A stretch of 59,999 nucleotides of DNA from Gemmatimonadaceae bacterium. Its GTDB lineage: Bacteria; Gemmatimonadota; Gemmatimonadetes; Gemmatimonadales; Gemmatimonadaceae. The notes below the pieces were generated by a model. That model saw only the letters and a list, made by a program, of their open reading frames with translations, made no database searches and was not told the origin of the DNA. The stretch covers positions 1 to 59,999 of the forward strand of contig JBGAJQ010000030.1 in assembly GCA_044224875.1 (NCBI GenBank). The letters run 5' to 3'. Made by a program: the position numbers and the translations under genes. Below, in pieces: positions 49,092 through 59,181 of the stretch (position 1 is its first letter; each line of letters starts with the position of its first letter).

Positions 49092-51635
49092 TCACGGAAC
49101 GGGTACGATCACATACTCGGCGCCCGGCCGCGCGTCGAAGGCGACGATGCCAGGTCGAACGCGTCGCAGCCGAAGTGACGTCGCGCCTGTGAATATGCGA
49201 ACCGCTCCAGCCGCCAGCGACACCGGTCCAGCCACCGTCGAGACGAGTCGGGCACTCGTCAGGCGCCCATCGCGCCACACCACGTCAACCGTGAGCCCCC
49301 CGCGTGCACGGAGTCCATGCACCTCACCGTCCGCCCAATCCGCTGGCAGCGCCGGCAGCAGGCGCACCACTCCATCATGGGACTGTACGAGCATCTCCGC
49401 GATCGCCGCCGTTGCCCCAAAGTTGCCATCCACCTGAAACGCTTTTCCGCACAGAGAGATCATGGTGGGGAGCGACGATCGCGCCAGCAGGGCGCGGAAC
49501 TGGGCCCACGCACTGTCTCCCTGCGCAAGTCGGGCCCGCAACCCCATCTTCCAGGCGTATGACCAGCCGCAACCACCAGTGCCCCGTCGCTCGAGTGTCA
49601 CCGCGGCGGCCCGCGCAAACGCCGGCGACTCGTCAGGTGTGATCTCGCGGCCGGGATAGAGCCCCCACAACGGCGAGAGATGCCGGTGCTGTGGCTCGAT
49701 CTCGTCCCAGTCATCCAACCACTCCTGCAACTGTCCGTGTGCACCGACCTGATTGGGTGCGAGGCGCCCACGCGCCGCCCGCACGGAGTCGGCAAGCGGG
49801 GCATCGGCCGCCAGTTGCGCCGACGCCTCCATGAACTCCCGAAACACTTCGCGGATGATCTGCATGTCCATGGTCGGCCCCGCCGCCATGGTCCGCGCCG
49901 TCAGCTCAATCCCGCTGACTTCGTCGAAGAAGGTCCCGTTCCCTGGCCACGCGGGGAAGTTCTCCGGCGAGTTCGACGGCGCCGTCACCAGCCAATGTCG
50001 CGTGGGATGCTCCACGAGCACGTCGAGGAGAAATCGCGTCTGGTCCCGCAACAACGGATAGATCGATCGCAGGTACGTCGTGTCGCTCGCAAAACGATAG
50101 TGCTCGAAGAGATTCGTCATCAGCCACGCACCACCCACCGGCCACGCCCCCCACGAGGGACCATCCATCGGCGTGGTGGATCGCCAGAGATCGGTGTTCT
50201 GGTGCACGACCCACCCGCGCGCCCCCCAGTGCTCCCGCGCTGTCTCGACACCCACCGTGGCCACGTCTCTCACCAGCCGATCGAGCGGCTCGACGAACTC
50301 CGGCAGGTTCCCACTCTCCGCCGGCCAATAGTTCATTGGCAGGTTGATGTTGATCGTGTACTTGGAGTCCCACCACGGGTTGGAGCTGTCGTTCCAGATG
50401 CCCTGCAGGTTGGCCGCCTGCGTGCCCGGGCGCGAACTGGAGATCAGCAGGTAGCGGCCGAACTGGTAGTACAAGCTGGCGAGGTCCGGATCGGAGGCCG
50501 TCGCCAGGCGTGCGATACGTTCGTTGGTTGGCAGCTGGCGCACGGAGTCCGGAGTGGCGCCCAATGTCAGGCGGACTCTCTCGAACCAACGCTGATACTC
50601 GGCCACGTGGTCGCGGCGAATCTCGTCATACGTCCGCGCGCGCACCCGAGACACCGTCTCCGCCACTCGCGCAGAGGGATCGCCACTCACGTCGTGGTAA
50701 TTCACGAAGTTCGTGGACGCCGCGATCAACAGGGTGACGGTGTCGGCGTTCACGACCGAGAGCATTCGTCCGTTGGTGCGCACACGCCCCCCCATCGTTC
50801 GCGCGACGAGGCGTGCCTCATACCGGAGGCGGCCGGCTATGCCCAAGTAGTCCGAGTTCTTCCCCGTGAGCCGGAGGGTGTCGGGCGACACTCCGTCCAT
50901 CTGGAAGTAGTCCGTGCCGTAGTTGGAGTGGGCAGGATTCCGCACGCCGCGCAACTCCGCCGTGAACGTCAGCGCCCCCCGTTCCGACGCCGTCAGTCGC
51001 ACCGCAATCACCTCATCCACGGCGCTGACGAGAACCTCGCGCGTATACGTGACGCCAGCAACCCGATAGCTCACACGCGCCAGCGCACTATCGAGGTTGA
51101 GCTGCCTGCGATAGTCTGCAGCGCCAGCATGCGTGGGAAACGTCAGCAGCAAGTCGCCGAGTGGTTGGTACTTCATCTGCTCGTACGGAACGCCCATCAT
51201 GCGCCGGCCAAAGAGATCGTGCGCGCCAGGGACATCGCCGGCGAACAGGAGCCGGCGAATCTCCGGCAGCGCCGTCGACGCTCCCTTCACCACGGGATCG
51301 TACGGCCCGCCCGTCCAGAGCGTCTCTTCGTTGAGCTGCAGGTGCTCTGATTCGACACCACCAAACACCATGGCCCCGAGCCGGCCGTTGCCCACTGGTA
51401 ACGCCTCGTTCCAGTTGTTCGCGGGTTGGCGATACCACAGCGTAGTCGAAGCTGGCGGAAGGGCCTTCGCGCGTCGCGGTTGCGCAGGACAGGGATCGGC
51501 GATGGTTGCGGACAATAGCGCGACCATGGCGAGCGCACGGCGCCGCCGCGTACCGCGCGAGCCATTCGGTTCATGCTGACGGGCACTGGTCCACAGCGCG
51601 TCAGTCACTGTTCGCAACGGCAAGGGCTTTGGCAA
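49092..51635 (-). CDS. Glycoside hydrolase family 95 (alpha-L-fucosidase-like)
   Basis: WNEALPVGNGRLGAM, QFGRYLLISSSR, ANLQGIWN, YTININLPMNYW, HRHLSPLWGLYP, FQVDGNFG. Start uncertain. Confidence 0.93.
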   Translation of the reverse strand: MPKPLPLRTVTDALWTSARQHEPNGSRGTRRRRALAMVALLSATIADPCPAQPRRAKALPPASTTLWYRQPANNWNEALPVGNGRLGAMVFGGVESEHLQLNEETLWTGGPYDPVVKGASTALPEIRRLLFAGDVPGAHDLFGRRMMGVPYEQMKYQPLGDLLLTFPTHAGAADYRRQLNLDSALARVSYRVAGVTYTREVLVSAVDEVIAVRLTASERGALTFTAELRGVRNPAHSNYGTDYFQMDGVSPDTLRLTGKNSDYLGIAGRLRYEARLVARTMGGRVRTNGRMLSVVNADTVTLLIAASTNFVNYHDVSGDPSARVAETVSRVRARTYDEIRRDHVAEYQRWFERVRLTLGATPDSVRQLPTNERIARLATASDPDLASLYYQFGRYLLISSSRPGTQAANLQGIWNDSSNPWWDSKYTININLPMNYWPAESGNLPEFVEPLDRLVRDVATVGVETAREHWGARGWVVHQNTDLWRSTTPMDGPSWGAWPVGGAWLMTNLFEHYRFASDTTYLRSIYPLLRDQTRFLLDVLVEHPTRHWLVTAPSNSPENFPAWPGNGTFFDEVSGIELTARTMAAGPTMDMQIIREVFREFMEASAQLAADAPLADSVRAARGRLAPNQVGAHGQLQEWLDDWDEIEPQHRHLSPLWGLYPGREITPDESPAFARAAAVTLERRGTGGCGWSYAWKMGLRARLAQGDSAWAQFRALLARSSLPTMISLCGKAFQVDGNFGATAAIAEMLVQSHDGVVRLLPALPADWADGEVHGLRARGGLTVDVVWRDGRLTSARLVSTVAGPVSLAAGAVRIFTGATSLRLRRVRPGIVAFDARPGAEYVIVPVP

Positions 51636-51657
51636 GACACACTCGCTCTCTGGCGGG

Positions 51658-54600
51658 TCACACGGGAAACGTCGTCGGCGGCGCGTCCTCCCGGAAGACG
51701 TGCGACGTGGCCAACCCGCGCTCCTTCACCAGCGAATACACGGCCGGGATCACGACGAGCGTGAGGATCGTACTCGAGATCATCCCGCCAACCATTGGCG
51801 CCGCGATCCGCTTCATCACGCTCGCCCCTGTGCCATCACCCCAGAGAATGGGGAGCAGTCCCGCCATGATGGCCGTCACCGTCATCATCTTCGGGCGGAC
51901 GCGCTCCACGGCCCCCTCAATCACCGCCGCATAGAGGTCACGCGCGCTCGGTGTTGTCTGTTGCGCGCGCTTGGCGTTCCAGGCGTGATCCAGGTAGATC
52001 AGCATCACCACACCGGTTTCTGCCGCCACTCCCGCCAGGGCGATGAACCCAATTGCCACCGCCACAGACATGTTGTACCCGAGCAAGTACACGAACCACA
52101 TCCCGCCCACCAGTGCAAACGGCAGCGATGCCATCACGATCAGCGTCTCTCCCACATTGCGGAAATTGAGGTAGAGCAGGAAGAAGATGATCACCAAGGT
52201 AGCAGGTATCACCAGCATCAACTTCTCCTTGGCGCGCAGCATGTACTCGTACTGGCCGCTCCATACGAGACTATAGCCCGGCTTCAGCTCCACCATGCTC
52301 GTCACCATCTTCTGTGCGTCGCGCACATACCCGCCGATGTCCCGCCCCGCCACGTCGACATACACCCACGCCGTCGGCACCGCACCCTCCGTTCGCACGA
52401 CCATCGGCCCCGCGACCTGTTTGATCGTGGCGAGTTGACCCAGCGGAAGCTGCGGAACGGACGATCCCATCGCTGACGCAGCGTCAGCCATCGAACCCTT
52501 ACCCGTCGCATCAAGCCCGTTGGTCTGCGGCGCCCCCTCGTGGTTCATGGGGACGAGAACCTGTGCCAATCGCTCCGGTGTGTCTCTCAGCTCCTGCGGG
52601 TAACGGACACGCACGCCGTAGCGCTCACGACCTTCCACGGTTTGCGTGATGGTCATCCCTCCGATCGCCGTGGCAATCACGGTCTGCACATCGGCGACGT
52701 TCACCCCGTGGCGGGCTGCGGCCGCTCGATCGATGTCGATATCGAGATAGTATCCACTCACGGCTCGCTCGGCGAACACGCTGCGTGTGCCCGGAACCAT
52801 TCGCACGCCTTGCTCAATCTGCTTTCCCAGCCGCTCGAGTTCCGCGAGGTCGGGCCCGAAGATCTTGATCCCGACGGGTGTTCTGATGCCGGTGGCCAGC
52901 ATGTCGATCCGCCCCTTGATCGGCATCGTCCACGCGTTCGTCACGCCGGGCATTCGGACCGCCGAGTCCATCTTCGCCACGAGACCTTCGTACGTTAGGC
53001 CCGGACGCCAGGCGTCTCGCGGTTTGAGCGAAATGGTCGTCTCGAACATGTCGAGTCCGGCAGGATCGGTGGCCGTGTTGGCGCGACCGGCCTTCCCCCA
53101 GACGTGCTCGACTTCCGGAAACGACTTGAGGATGGAGTCCTGCTGCCGGAGCATCTCTCGCGCGCGCGCCACGGGAAGCCCTGGCAACGTCGTGGGCATG
53201 AAGAGAATCGTTCCCTCATCCAACGGCGGCATGAATTCACTGCCGGTTCGCGTCCACGGGATCCACGTGACGATCAGCGCCACCACAGCCGCAACGATCG
53301 TGGGACCACGATGCGCCAGTACGAAGTCGATGACCGGTCGGTACACTCGGATCAGTGCCCGGTTGAGCGGATTGGCACGTTCACGATAGATCCTTCCGCG
53401 AACGAACAGCCCCATCGCAACCGGGACCAGGGTGACGGAAAGCAGGCTCGCCGCCGCCATCGCAAAGGTCTTCGTGTAGGCGAGCGGCTTGAACATCCTC
53501 CCCTCCTGCCCCTGCAGCGTAAACACCGGGAGGAATGACACAGTGATGATCAGCAGCGAGAAGAACAACGCTGGTCCGACTTCCTGAGCGCTCTCCACAA
53601 CAACACGCCAGCGTTGCGCGGCCGTGAGCTGTTTCGTGGAGAAGTACCGTGTACTGCTGCCGTCCACCGGCTCTCCGGCTGCGCGCTCCAGGTGCTTGTG
53701 CATGTTCTCGATCATCACGATCGCGGCGTCGATCATGGCCCCGATGGCGATCGCGATGCCGCCGAGTGACATGATGTCGGCGCTCACCCCAACCACCCGC
53801 ATGGCGAGAAACGCCATCAGAATGCCGATCGGCAGCGTGAGGATCGCCACGATCGCGGAACTCACGTGCAACAGAAAGACGGCGCAGACGAGCGCGACGA
53901 TGACTGACTCCTCGAAGAGCTTGCTCTTGAGCGTTTCGATCGCGCGCTCGATCAACTCGCTGCGATCGTACACCGGACGGACCACCACACCGGGTGGGAG
54001 GCCCTGCTGCACCTCCGTCAGCTTCGCCTTGAGCGCCCTGATGGTTGCCAGGGCATTTTCACCAAACCGCATGACGACGATGCCGCCCACTGCATCTCCC
54101 CGGCCATCCAGGTCGGCAATGCCACGCCGAATGGCCGGACCAACGCTCACACGCCCCAGCTCGGCGATTCGAATTGGCGTTCCACTGCTCGTCGCCCCAA
54201 CCACCACGTTCTCGATGTCGCCGATGTTCTTGAGGTAGCCGAGTCCGCGCACCATGTACTCGCGCTCCGACAGCTCCATCGTCATCGCGCCCACGTCGCT
54301 GTTCGCTGACTGTAACGCGCTCATCACCCGCGTCACCGGAATCCCGTAGGCCAGCAACTTCGTGGGGTCGATATCGACCTGATACTGTTTCTCGAACCCG
54401 CCGATGCTCGCCACTTCGGACACCCCTGGCACGGCGGTCAGTGCATACCGAAGGTACCAGTCCTGCACACTCCGCAGCTCGGCAAGGCTGCGCGTCCCAC
54501 TGGTGTCCTCGAGCGCGTACTGGTATATCCAGCCGAGCCCTGTTGCATCTGGACCCAGCGTGGGCGTGACCGTCCCCGGCAGCTTCCCCTTGATGCCGTT

Positions 54601-54942
54601 CAGGTACTCGAGCACACGAGAACGCGCCCAGTAGAGATCGGTCCCGTCGTCGAAGATCACGTACACGAACGACACACCGAAGAATGAATACCCGCGTACC
54701 GTCCTGGCCCCCGGTACCTTCAGCATCTCCGCGGCGATCGGGTACGTGACCTGATCCTCGACAATGCGCGGCGCCTGTTCGTTGTAGTCGGCCTGTACGA
54801 TGACCTGCACATCGGACAAGTCGGGGAGCGCCTCGAGTGGCGTGCCGCGAATGGCAATCACACCCGCGGCGGCCACCGCGATCGTCACCATCCCGACGAT
54901 CAAGGCGTTCCCGGCCGACCACTCAATGATCCGCTTCAACAT
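51658..54942 (-). CDS. cusA: CusA-family heavy-metal RND efflux pump
   Basis: PDLSDVQVI, LYWARSRVLEYL, LGPDATGLGW, FMPPLDEG, PIKGRIDMLATG, RVRPKMMT. Confidence 0.96.
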   Translation of the reverse strand: MLKRIIEWSAGNALIVGMVTIAVAAAGVIAIRGTPLEALPDLSDVQVIVQADYNEQAPRIVEDQVTYPIAAEMLKVPGARTVRGYSFFGVSFVYVIFDDGTDLYWARSRVLEYLNGIKGKLPGTVTPTLGPDATGLGWIYQYALEDTSGTRSLAELRSVQDWYLRYALTAVPGVSEVASIGGFEKQYQVDIDPTKLLAYGIPVTRVMSALQSANSDVGAMTMELSEREYMVRGLGYLKNIGDIENVVVGATSSGTPIRIAELGRVSVGPAIRRGIADLDGRGDAVGGIVVMRFGENALATIRALKAKLTEVQQGLPPGVVVRPVYDRSELIERAIETLKSKLFEESVIVALVCAVFLLHVSSAIVAILTLPIGILMAFLAMRVVGVSADIMSLGGIAIAIGAMIDAAIVMIENMHKHLERAAGEPVDGSSTRYFSTKQLTAAQRWRVVVESAQEVGPALFFSLLIITVSFLPVFTLQGQEGRMFKPLAYTKTFAMAAASLLSVTLVPVAMGLFVRGRIYRERANPLNRALIRVYRPVIDFVLAHRGPTIVAAVVALIVTWIPWTRTGSEFMPPLDEGTILFMPTTLPGLPVARAREMLRQQDSILKSFPEVEHVWGKAGRANTATDPAGLDMFETTISLKPRDAWRPGLTYEGLVAKMDSAVRMPGVTNAWTMPIKGRIDMLATGIRTPVGIKIFGPDLAELERLGKQIEQGVRMVPGTRSVFAERAVSGYYLDIDIDRAAAARHGVNVADVQTVIATAIGGMTITQTVEGRERYGVRVRYPQELRDTPERLAQVLVPMNHEGAPQTNGLDATGKGSMADAASAMGSSVPQLPLGQLATIKQVAGPMVVRTEGAVPTAWVYVDVAGRDIGGYVRDAQKMVTSMVELKPGYSLVWSGQYEYMLRAKEKLMLVIPATLVIIFFLLYLNFRNVGETLIVMASLPFALVGGMWFVYLLGYNMSVAVAIGFIALAGVAAETGVVMLIYLDHAWNAKRAQQTTPSARDLYAAVIEGAVERVRPKMMTVTAIMAGLLPILWGDGTGASVMKRIAAPMVGGMISSTILTLVVIPAVYSLVKERGLATSHVFREDAPPTTFPV

Positions 54943-54952
54943 GGTCGGCTCC

Positions 54953-56206
54953 TCACGGCATCTTGTGACCCGCGTGCGGGTCATCCTTGGCAGCGGGTTT
55001 CGTCGGCTGCATCGGCAGCGGTTTTGGTGGCTCGCTCATGTCCATGCCCGGCATGTCCCCCATGCCACCGAGCGCCTTGCCGAGGTTCGATTCTGCGTCC
55101 ACCAGAAAGGTGGCCGACCCGACAACGGTGTCCCCCACACTGAGTCCACGCAGTACTTCCACCCGCGCATCGTTTGAGGGACCGAGGGCGACTTCTCGCG
55201 GCGAGAGTCGTCCGCCGGCCGTCTTCACGAAGACGATGTTCCGTTCTCCGGTAGACAGTACGGCGTCCCGAGGGACAGTCAGCACGCTCGCGCGTGCGAT
55301 GCCGGTGATACGTACCGTCGCGTACATCCCCGGCTTGAGCCGCAAGTTGCCGTTAGGCAGTACCACGCGGACGCGAGCGGTGCGAGTGTCCGGGTTGATC
55401 GTGGGGTAGATATACGAAATGCGACCCATCCGATGGTCGTCAGGCAGGGCCGCGAAGTCCGCGTGAACGGTCTGGCCAACGTGCACGGTCGCCAAGTCCT
55501 GCTCGAACACCTCACCCTCCACCCACACATCGCTCAGGTCAACCACGCGGTACAGGGGATCCCCGGCCATGATCCGTTGACCCGCCGTGACGTTCTTCTC
55601 GATGACGAACCCGCTCGCCGCCGAACGGAGGGTCAGCGTGCGTTGCACCTCGCCGCTCTGCTCCACCGCGACAATGTCCTTCTCCGGGATATCCCAGTAG
55701 GCGAGCCTGCGACGAGCCGCGGACGTCAGCTCGGACGCGTTGCGCTGGGCATCGGTGTCGCCATTCGCCACGTCGCGTTGCAGCCGCTTGGCCAGTAGCA
55801 GCTCCTCCTGCGCCGACACCAGCATCGGTGAGTAGATCGCGAACAGGGGCTCATCGGCGGCGACGTACTGGCCGGTCGCGTTCACATGGAGCCGCTCCAC
55901 AAATCCGTCGATCTTGGACGTGATCGTGTGAACGCGCGTCTCGTCGTACGTCACCTGCCCGACAGTACGCACTTCCTTTTCGAACGACCCCATGACCACG
56001 GGCACGTACGTCACGCCAATGCGGCGTGCCTCATCGCCCGAGAGGGCGATAGCCCGCAAGCTGTCACCAGTCGGCGCAGCACCATGATTGTGGGCCGTCG
56101 CTGCCGGCGCCGGTGCGCTTGTGCCGCGTGTTGCGACATAGACGCCGCCGAGTGCCGCTCCAATGACGATGGCGTATACGGCCCAGCGCAGAACGTTGCG
56201 TGTCAT
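54953..56206 (-). CDS. cusB: CusB-like periplasmic adaptor
   Basis: IYSPMLVSAQEELL, IYPTINPDTRT, LKPGMY, FLVDAES; Met/His-rich termini. Confidence 0.92.
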   Translation of the reverse strand: MTRNVLRWAVYAIVIGAALGGVYVATRGTSAPAPAATAHNHGAAPTGDSLRAIALSGDEARRIGVTYVPVVMGSFEKEVRTVGQVTYDETRVHTITSKIDGFVERLHVNATGQYVAADEPLFAIYSPMLVSAQEELLLAKRLQRDVANGDTDAQRNASELTSAARRRLAYWDIPEKDIVAVEQSGEVQRTLTLRSAASGFVIEKNVTAGQRIMAGDPLYRVVDLSDVWVEGEVFEQDLATVHVGQTVHADFAALPDDHRMGRISYIYPTINPDTRTARVRVVLPNGNLRLKPGMYATVRITGIARASVLTVPRDAVLSTGERNIVFVKTAGGRLSPREVALGPSNDARVEVLRGLSVGDTVVGSATFLVDAESNLGKALGGMGDMPGMDMSEPPKPLPMQPTKPAAKDDPHAGHKMP

Positions 56207-57567
56207 TGGCCACCTTCCTTCACCGCGCCTTGGCCCATGGCCACGGTAGTGGAGTTCGGATCCAGCAGCTGACGCCCGGTGAGCATCTCGAGTTCAGCCC
56301 AGGCCTTTCCCTCGTCCGACACCAGACCAATGAGTTCCTGACGGTACTTGTTGACTGTCATCTGGTCGTCGAGCAGCGTCATGAAGTCCACCTTCCCCAC
56401 TCGGTACGATGACAAGGCAGAGGACACCGTGGCCTCCGCCTGCGGGAGCACGGTGCCGCGATACAACTTGCCGAGGTTGCGCGCCCGAACGAGTTCGGCG
56501 TATGCCTCCCCAATCTTGCCGCGCGTTTCGGCACGCATCGCACTCAGCTCCGCCTCGGCCATCGCTCGCATCGCGTTCGCCTCGTTGCGCATCTGGTATT
56601 GACGGTCGCGGGCGAAGATCGGGATGGAAGCGCCGATCATCAGGCTCCCCATGTTCTCTCCCCGCGAGGCGATGGCATTGCCGTCGATCATCGTCGACGT
56701 GCCGCGCCCGTATTGCACGCCCACCTGCAGATCCGGGATGATCTCCTTTCGCGCCAGCCCCGCGGATGACTCGGCAGCTCGAACATCGTGCTGACCCGCA
56801 CGAATCATGGGCCGGCCCGTGCTTGCCGCCGAATCGAGCCACGCCTGGGACGGCAGGGAGTCCGGGAACACCGGTATGCTGACCGATCCGATTTCCGCAT
56901 CGGTCGCACGCGCCATGAGCGCGTTGAGCCTGGCGGTCATTGACGCGCGCATGGCACGCATCCGGAGCGTGTCCTCCGCCATGCGCGCGAGTTCGACGTT
57001 GGCACGGAGCACGTCCACCTGACGCCCCTCACCCACCCGGTACATGGACTCGGCCGTGTGGGAGATATCCTGCAACAACCGCAGCGTCTCCCGGGCCACA
57101 CTCAGCTGCCGATCCGTGGCGTAGAGGTCGTAAAAGGCCATCGCCGTTTGCTTGCGCAGCTCCCAGCCGATCTCGTCGGCCCTGGCACCCGTCGCATCCG
57201 CCTGCGCGCCCGCCACACGCCCCGCCAGCGCCAGCTTTCCGCCTAGCGGAATCATCTGCATGAGTTGCAGCTGCGTCATGCCGAGTGGCTCCATGCGCTT
57301 GAGGCCCGGCAGGGAGTAGTTCATCAGGCCGAACTGGAGCTGCGGGTCCGGCGGGCGCTTGGCGCCCGGAATCCGCGCCTGAGCCGCTCGCACCAGCGAC
57401 TGCGCCGCGTAAAGTCTGGGATTGTGCTGTGCCACCTGGGTATAGAGATCACCAAGGCGCGTGACCGCTTCCTGGGCGGCCGCCGGCCGGGCGACAATGC
57501 CGAACGTGAGCGCACCGGCGCTCAATAGCTGCAGGCGGCGAGCGAATCGCCGCACCATGTGCATCAT
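56203..57567 (-). CDS. TolC/CusC-family outer membrane efflux protein
   Basis: Signal peptide, NPRL, PDPQL, QMIPLGGKL, SSYRVGKVDFMTLLD; ATGA overlap with cusB. Confidence 0.92.
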   Translation of the reverse strand: MMHMVRRFARRLQLLSAGALTFGIVARPAAAQEAVTRLGDLYTQVAQHNPRLYAAQSLVRAAQARIPGAKRPPDPQLQFGLMNYSLPGLKRMEPLGMTQLQLMQMIPLGGKLALAGRVAGAQADATGARADEIGWELRKQTAMAFYDLYATDRQLSVARETLRLLQDISHTAESMYRVGEGRQVDVLRANVELARMAEDTLRMRAMRASMTARLNALMARATDAEIGSVSIPVFPDSLPSQAWLDSAASTGRPMIRAGQHDVRAAESSAGLARKEIIPDLQVGVQYGRGTSTMIDGNAIASRGENMGSLMIGASIPIFARDRQYQMRNEANAMRAMAEAELSAMRAETRGKIGEAYAELVRARNLGKLYRGTVLPQAEATVSSALSSYRVGKVDFMTLLDDQMTVNKYRQELIGLVSDEGKAWAELEMLTGRQLLDPNSTTVAMGQGAVKEGGQ

Positions 57568-57677
57568 GTGTTTGCACCCTCTCGTGGGTCGGCGCCGAAA
57601 TGCCGACGCGATGTGACCTGCCCGATCCGCCTAACGACTAGCTGACGCTGACGACGAGCACACTACGCCTGGAGAGG

Positions 57678-58085
57678 TCAGGCGCGGGGCGGTGGGACCT
57701 CAGGGAGAATCGCGACGTCCACCGCGGCCGAGAGGGGCTCGACCATGACGCGCGACGGGAGCCGGACGGCGGTCACCATCAAGCCGGCGGCGGGGACCGA
57801 GGCGACGGCGGCGCATGCCGCCATCGACAGACAGGCGCTCGGTGCCGACGAGCGGTCGCAGGGATGCTCGTCGTGCGAAGGCGCGCGGGTCGAGTCTGAC
57901 TCTGATGCAGGCCCTGAGTCCACCCGATCCGAGCCGGTCATCGCACCGTGTTGCATCCCTACCATCGTACCCTTCGACAAATCGTCGGCCGCCGACGGCG
58001 CACACAGGCTACCGCCACCCAGCAGCGAAAGCTGGAGCAGCAGGAGGCTTGAGGCCGCGGCAGTGAGACGACGAAGGAAGGGCAT
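57678..58085 (-). CDS. Exported Cys/His/Met-containing leader protein ending PEVPPPRA (CutF/CruR-like, putative)
   Basis: Hydrophobic N-terminus; MVGMQH, HDEHPC, CLSMAAC; C-terminal polyproline-RA; directly upstream of the efflux operon. Confidence 0.72.
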   Translation of the reverse strand: MPFLRRLTAAASSLLLLQLSLLGGGSLCAPSAADDLSKGTMVGMQHGAMTGSDRVDSGPASESDSTRAPSHDEHPCDRSSAPSACLSMAACAAVASVPAAGLMVTAVRLPSRVMVEPLSAAVDVAILPEVPPPRA

Positions 58086-58246
58086 TTCTTGATTGACGCC
58101 CGAGGGGGTGCCTTTGAAACTTACTACGGTAGGTCAGTAGCGGCAGTCATGGAACCCGGGTCACACTCGCCTCGGGGTCGCTACGTGACATTCACTAGAT
58201 CCCATTTTCTCGCCGCTCCATCCCAGCCACCCGAAGACCGGAAGCC

Positions 58247-58759
58247 ATGAAAATTTCACTTCGCGCCACCGTTGTCACCGCAAGCCTCATCTGCCTCCCG
58301 GCCCTGGCAGGCGCTCAACATGCGGGCCACGGTCAGCAGGCCACCGACTCCACCAAGAAAGCCGCCCATGAGATGGGCATGATGGGGAGCATGGAGAAGA
58401 TGCACGCCATGATGGCACAGATGAGCCCATGGGCGGAGCTGAACGCCTTCCACATGCTCCTTGCCCAATCCTATCATCCCGCCCAGAAGGACTCGTTGCA
58501 GCCGCTCCGACAGAACGCCTCGGCCATGGCGCGCGCCGCGTCCGATTGGGCCGCGTCGACGCCCCCGGAAGCCTGCCGGTCAGATGAGATGACCAAGGGA
58601 GTGGCTGCTATCGCAGCGAGCTCGAAGGAGCTGGACGCAAAGGTGACGTCCGGTGGGTCCGATGCCGACCTCAAGACCGCTCTCGCAGCCGTTCACACGC
58701 AATTCGAAGCGGTCGGCATGAAATGCATGAAGCACGACATGAAGGACATGAAGCACTAG
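58247..58759 (+). CDS. Secreted Met/His-rich helical protein (putative copper-binding)
   Basis: Signal peptide; HAGH, HEMGMMGSMEKMHAMMAQM, CMKHDMKDMKH; divergent from the cus operon. Confidence 0.82.
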   Translation: MKISLRATVVTASLICLPALAGAQHAGHGQQATDSTKKAAHEMGMMGSMEKMHAMMAQMSPWAELNAFHMLLAQSYHPAQKDSLQPLRQNASAMARAASDWAASTPPEACRSDEMTKGVAAIAASSKELDAKVTSGGSDADLKTALAAVHTQFEAVGMKCMKHDMKDMKH

Positions 58760-58815
58760 CTCCACGGGGTAGTCTGCATCGGAGCCATCGAGTTCTGCCG
58801 GATGATAGCTGGAAC

Positions 58816-58853
58816 GCAGAAGGGCCACCCGTTGGACTGGGTGGCCCTTCTGC
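58816..58853. terminator. Hairpin between convergent CDS and tRNA cluster
   Basis: 15-bp arms GCAGAAGGGCCACCC / GGGTGGCCCTTCTGC. Confidence 0.72.
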
Positions 58854-58883
58854 AATTCCTGATAGATGGCCTGTGGCCATCAG

Positions 58884-58955
58884 AGCCAGCGGTCAGGATT
58901 GAACTGACGACCGCCCGATTACGAATCGGGTGCTCTACCACTGAGCTACGCTGGC
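58884..58955 (-). tRNA. tRNA-Thr(CGT)
   Basis: Anticodon arm CCCGA TTCGTAA TCGGG; complete cloverleaf. Confidence 0.95.
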
Positions 58956-58966
58956 AAGTGACTGCA

Positions 58967-59048
58967 TGCCCAAGCGCGGACTCGAACCGCGACGCCTTTC
59001 GGCACCACCCCCTCAAGATGGCGTGTCTACCAATTTCACCACTTGGGC
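58967..59048 (-). tRNA. tRNA-Leu(GAG)
   Basis: CCATC TTGAGGG GGTGG; long variable arm GCCGAAAGGC. Confidence 0.95.
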
Positions 59049-59073
59049 AACTGCATTCCTTCAGTTTTTCGAG

Positions 59074-59147
59074 CGGGGCTGACGGGGCTCGAACCCGCGA
59101 CCTCCGGTGTGACAGACCGGCACTCTAACCAGCTGAGCTACAGCCCC
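59074..59147 (-). tRNA. tRNA-Asp(GTC)
   Basis: CCGGT CTGTCAC ACCGG; complete cloverleaf. Confidence 0.96.
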
Positions 59148-59181
59148 AACGTTCTCGCACTCCGCCTAACGACTGCGTCCA

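Noticed and set aside
47073..51350. Long antisense ORFs (47073..48848, 49680..51350; also 25588..26829 and 38577..39914)
   Set aside because: These are shadow frames of well-supported genes in high-GC DNA, with no recognisable motifs.
49092..51658. GH95 as a functional part of the cus operon
   Set aside because: Same strand and close, but the GH95 start is uncertain and there is no functional link; probably juxtaposition.
51658..58884. cus cluster as an island integrated at tRNA-Thr
   Set aside because: No att duplicate or mobility gene seen, and it carries the host octamer (52993, 55351, 57629).
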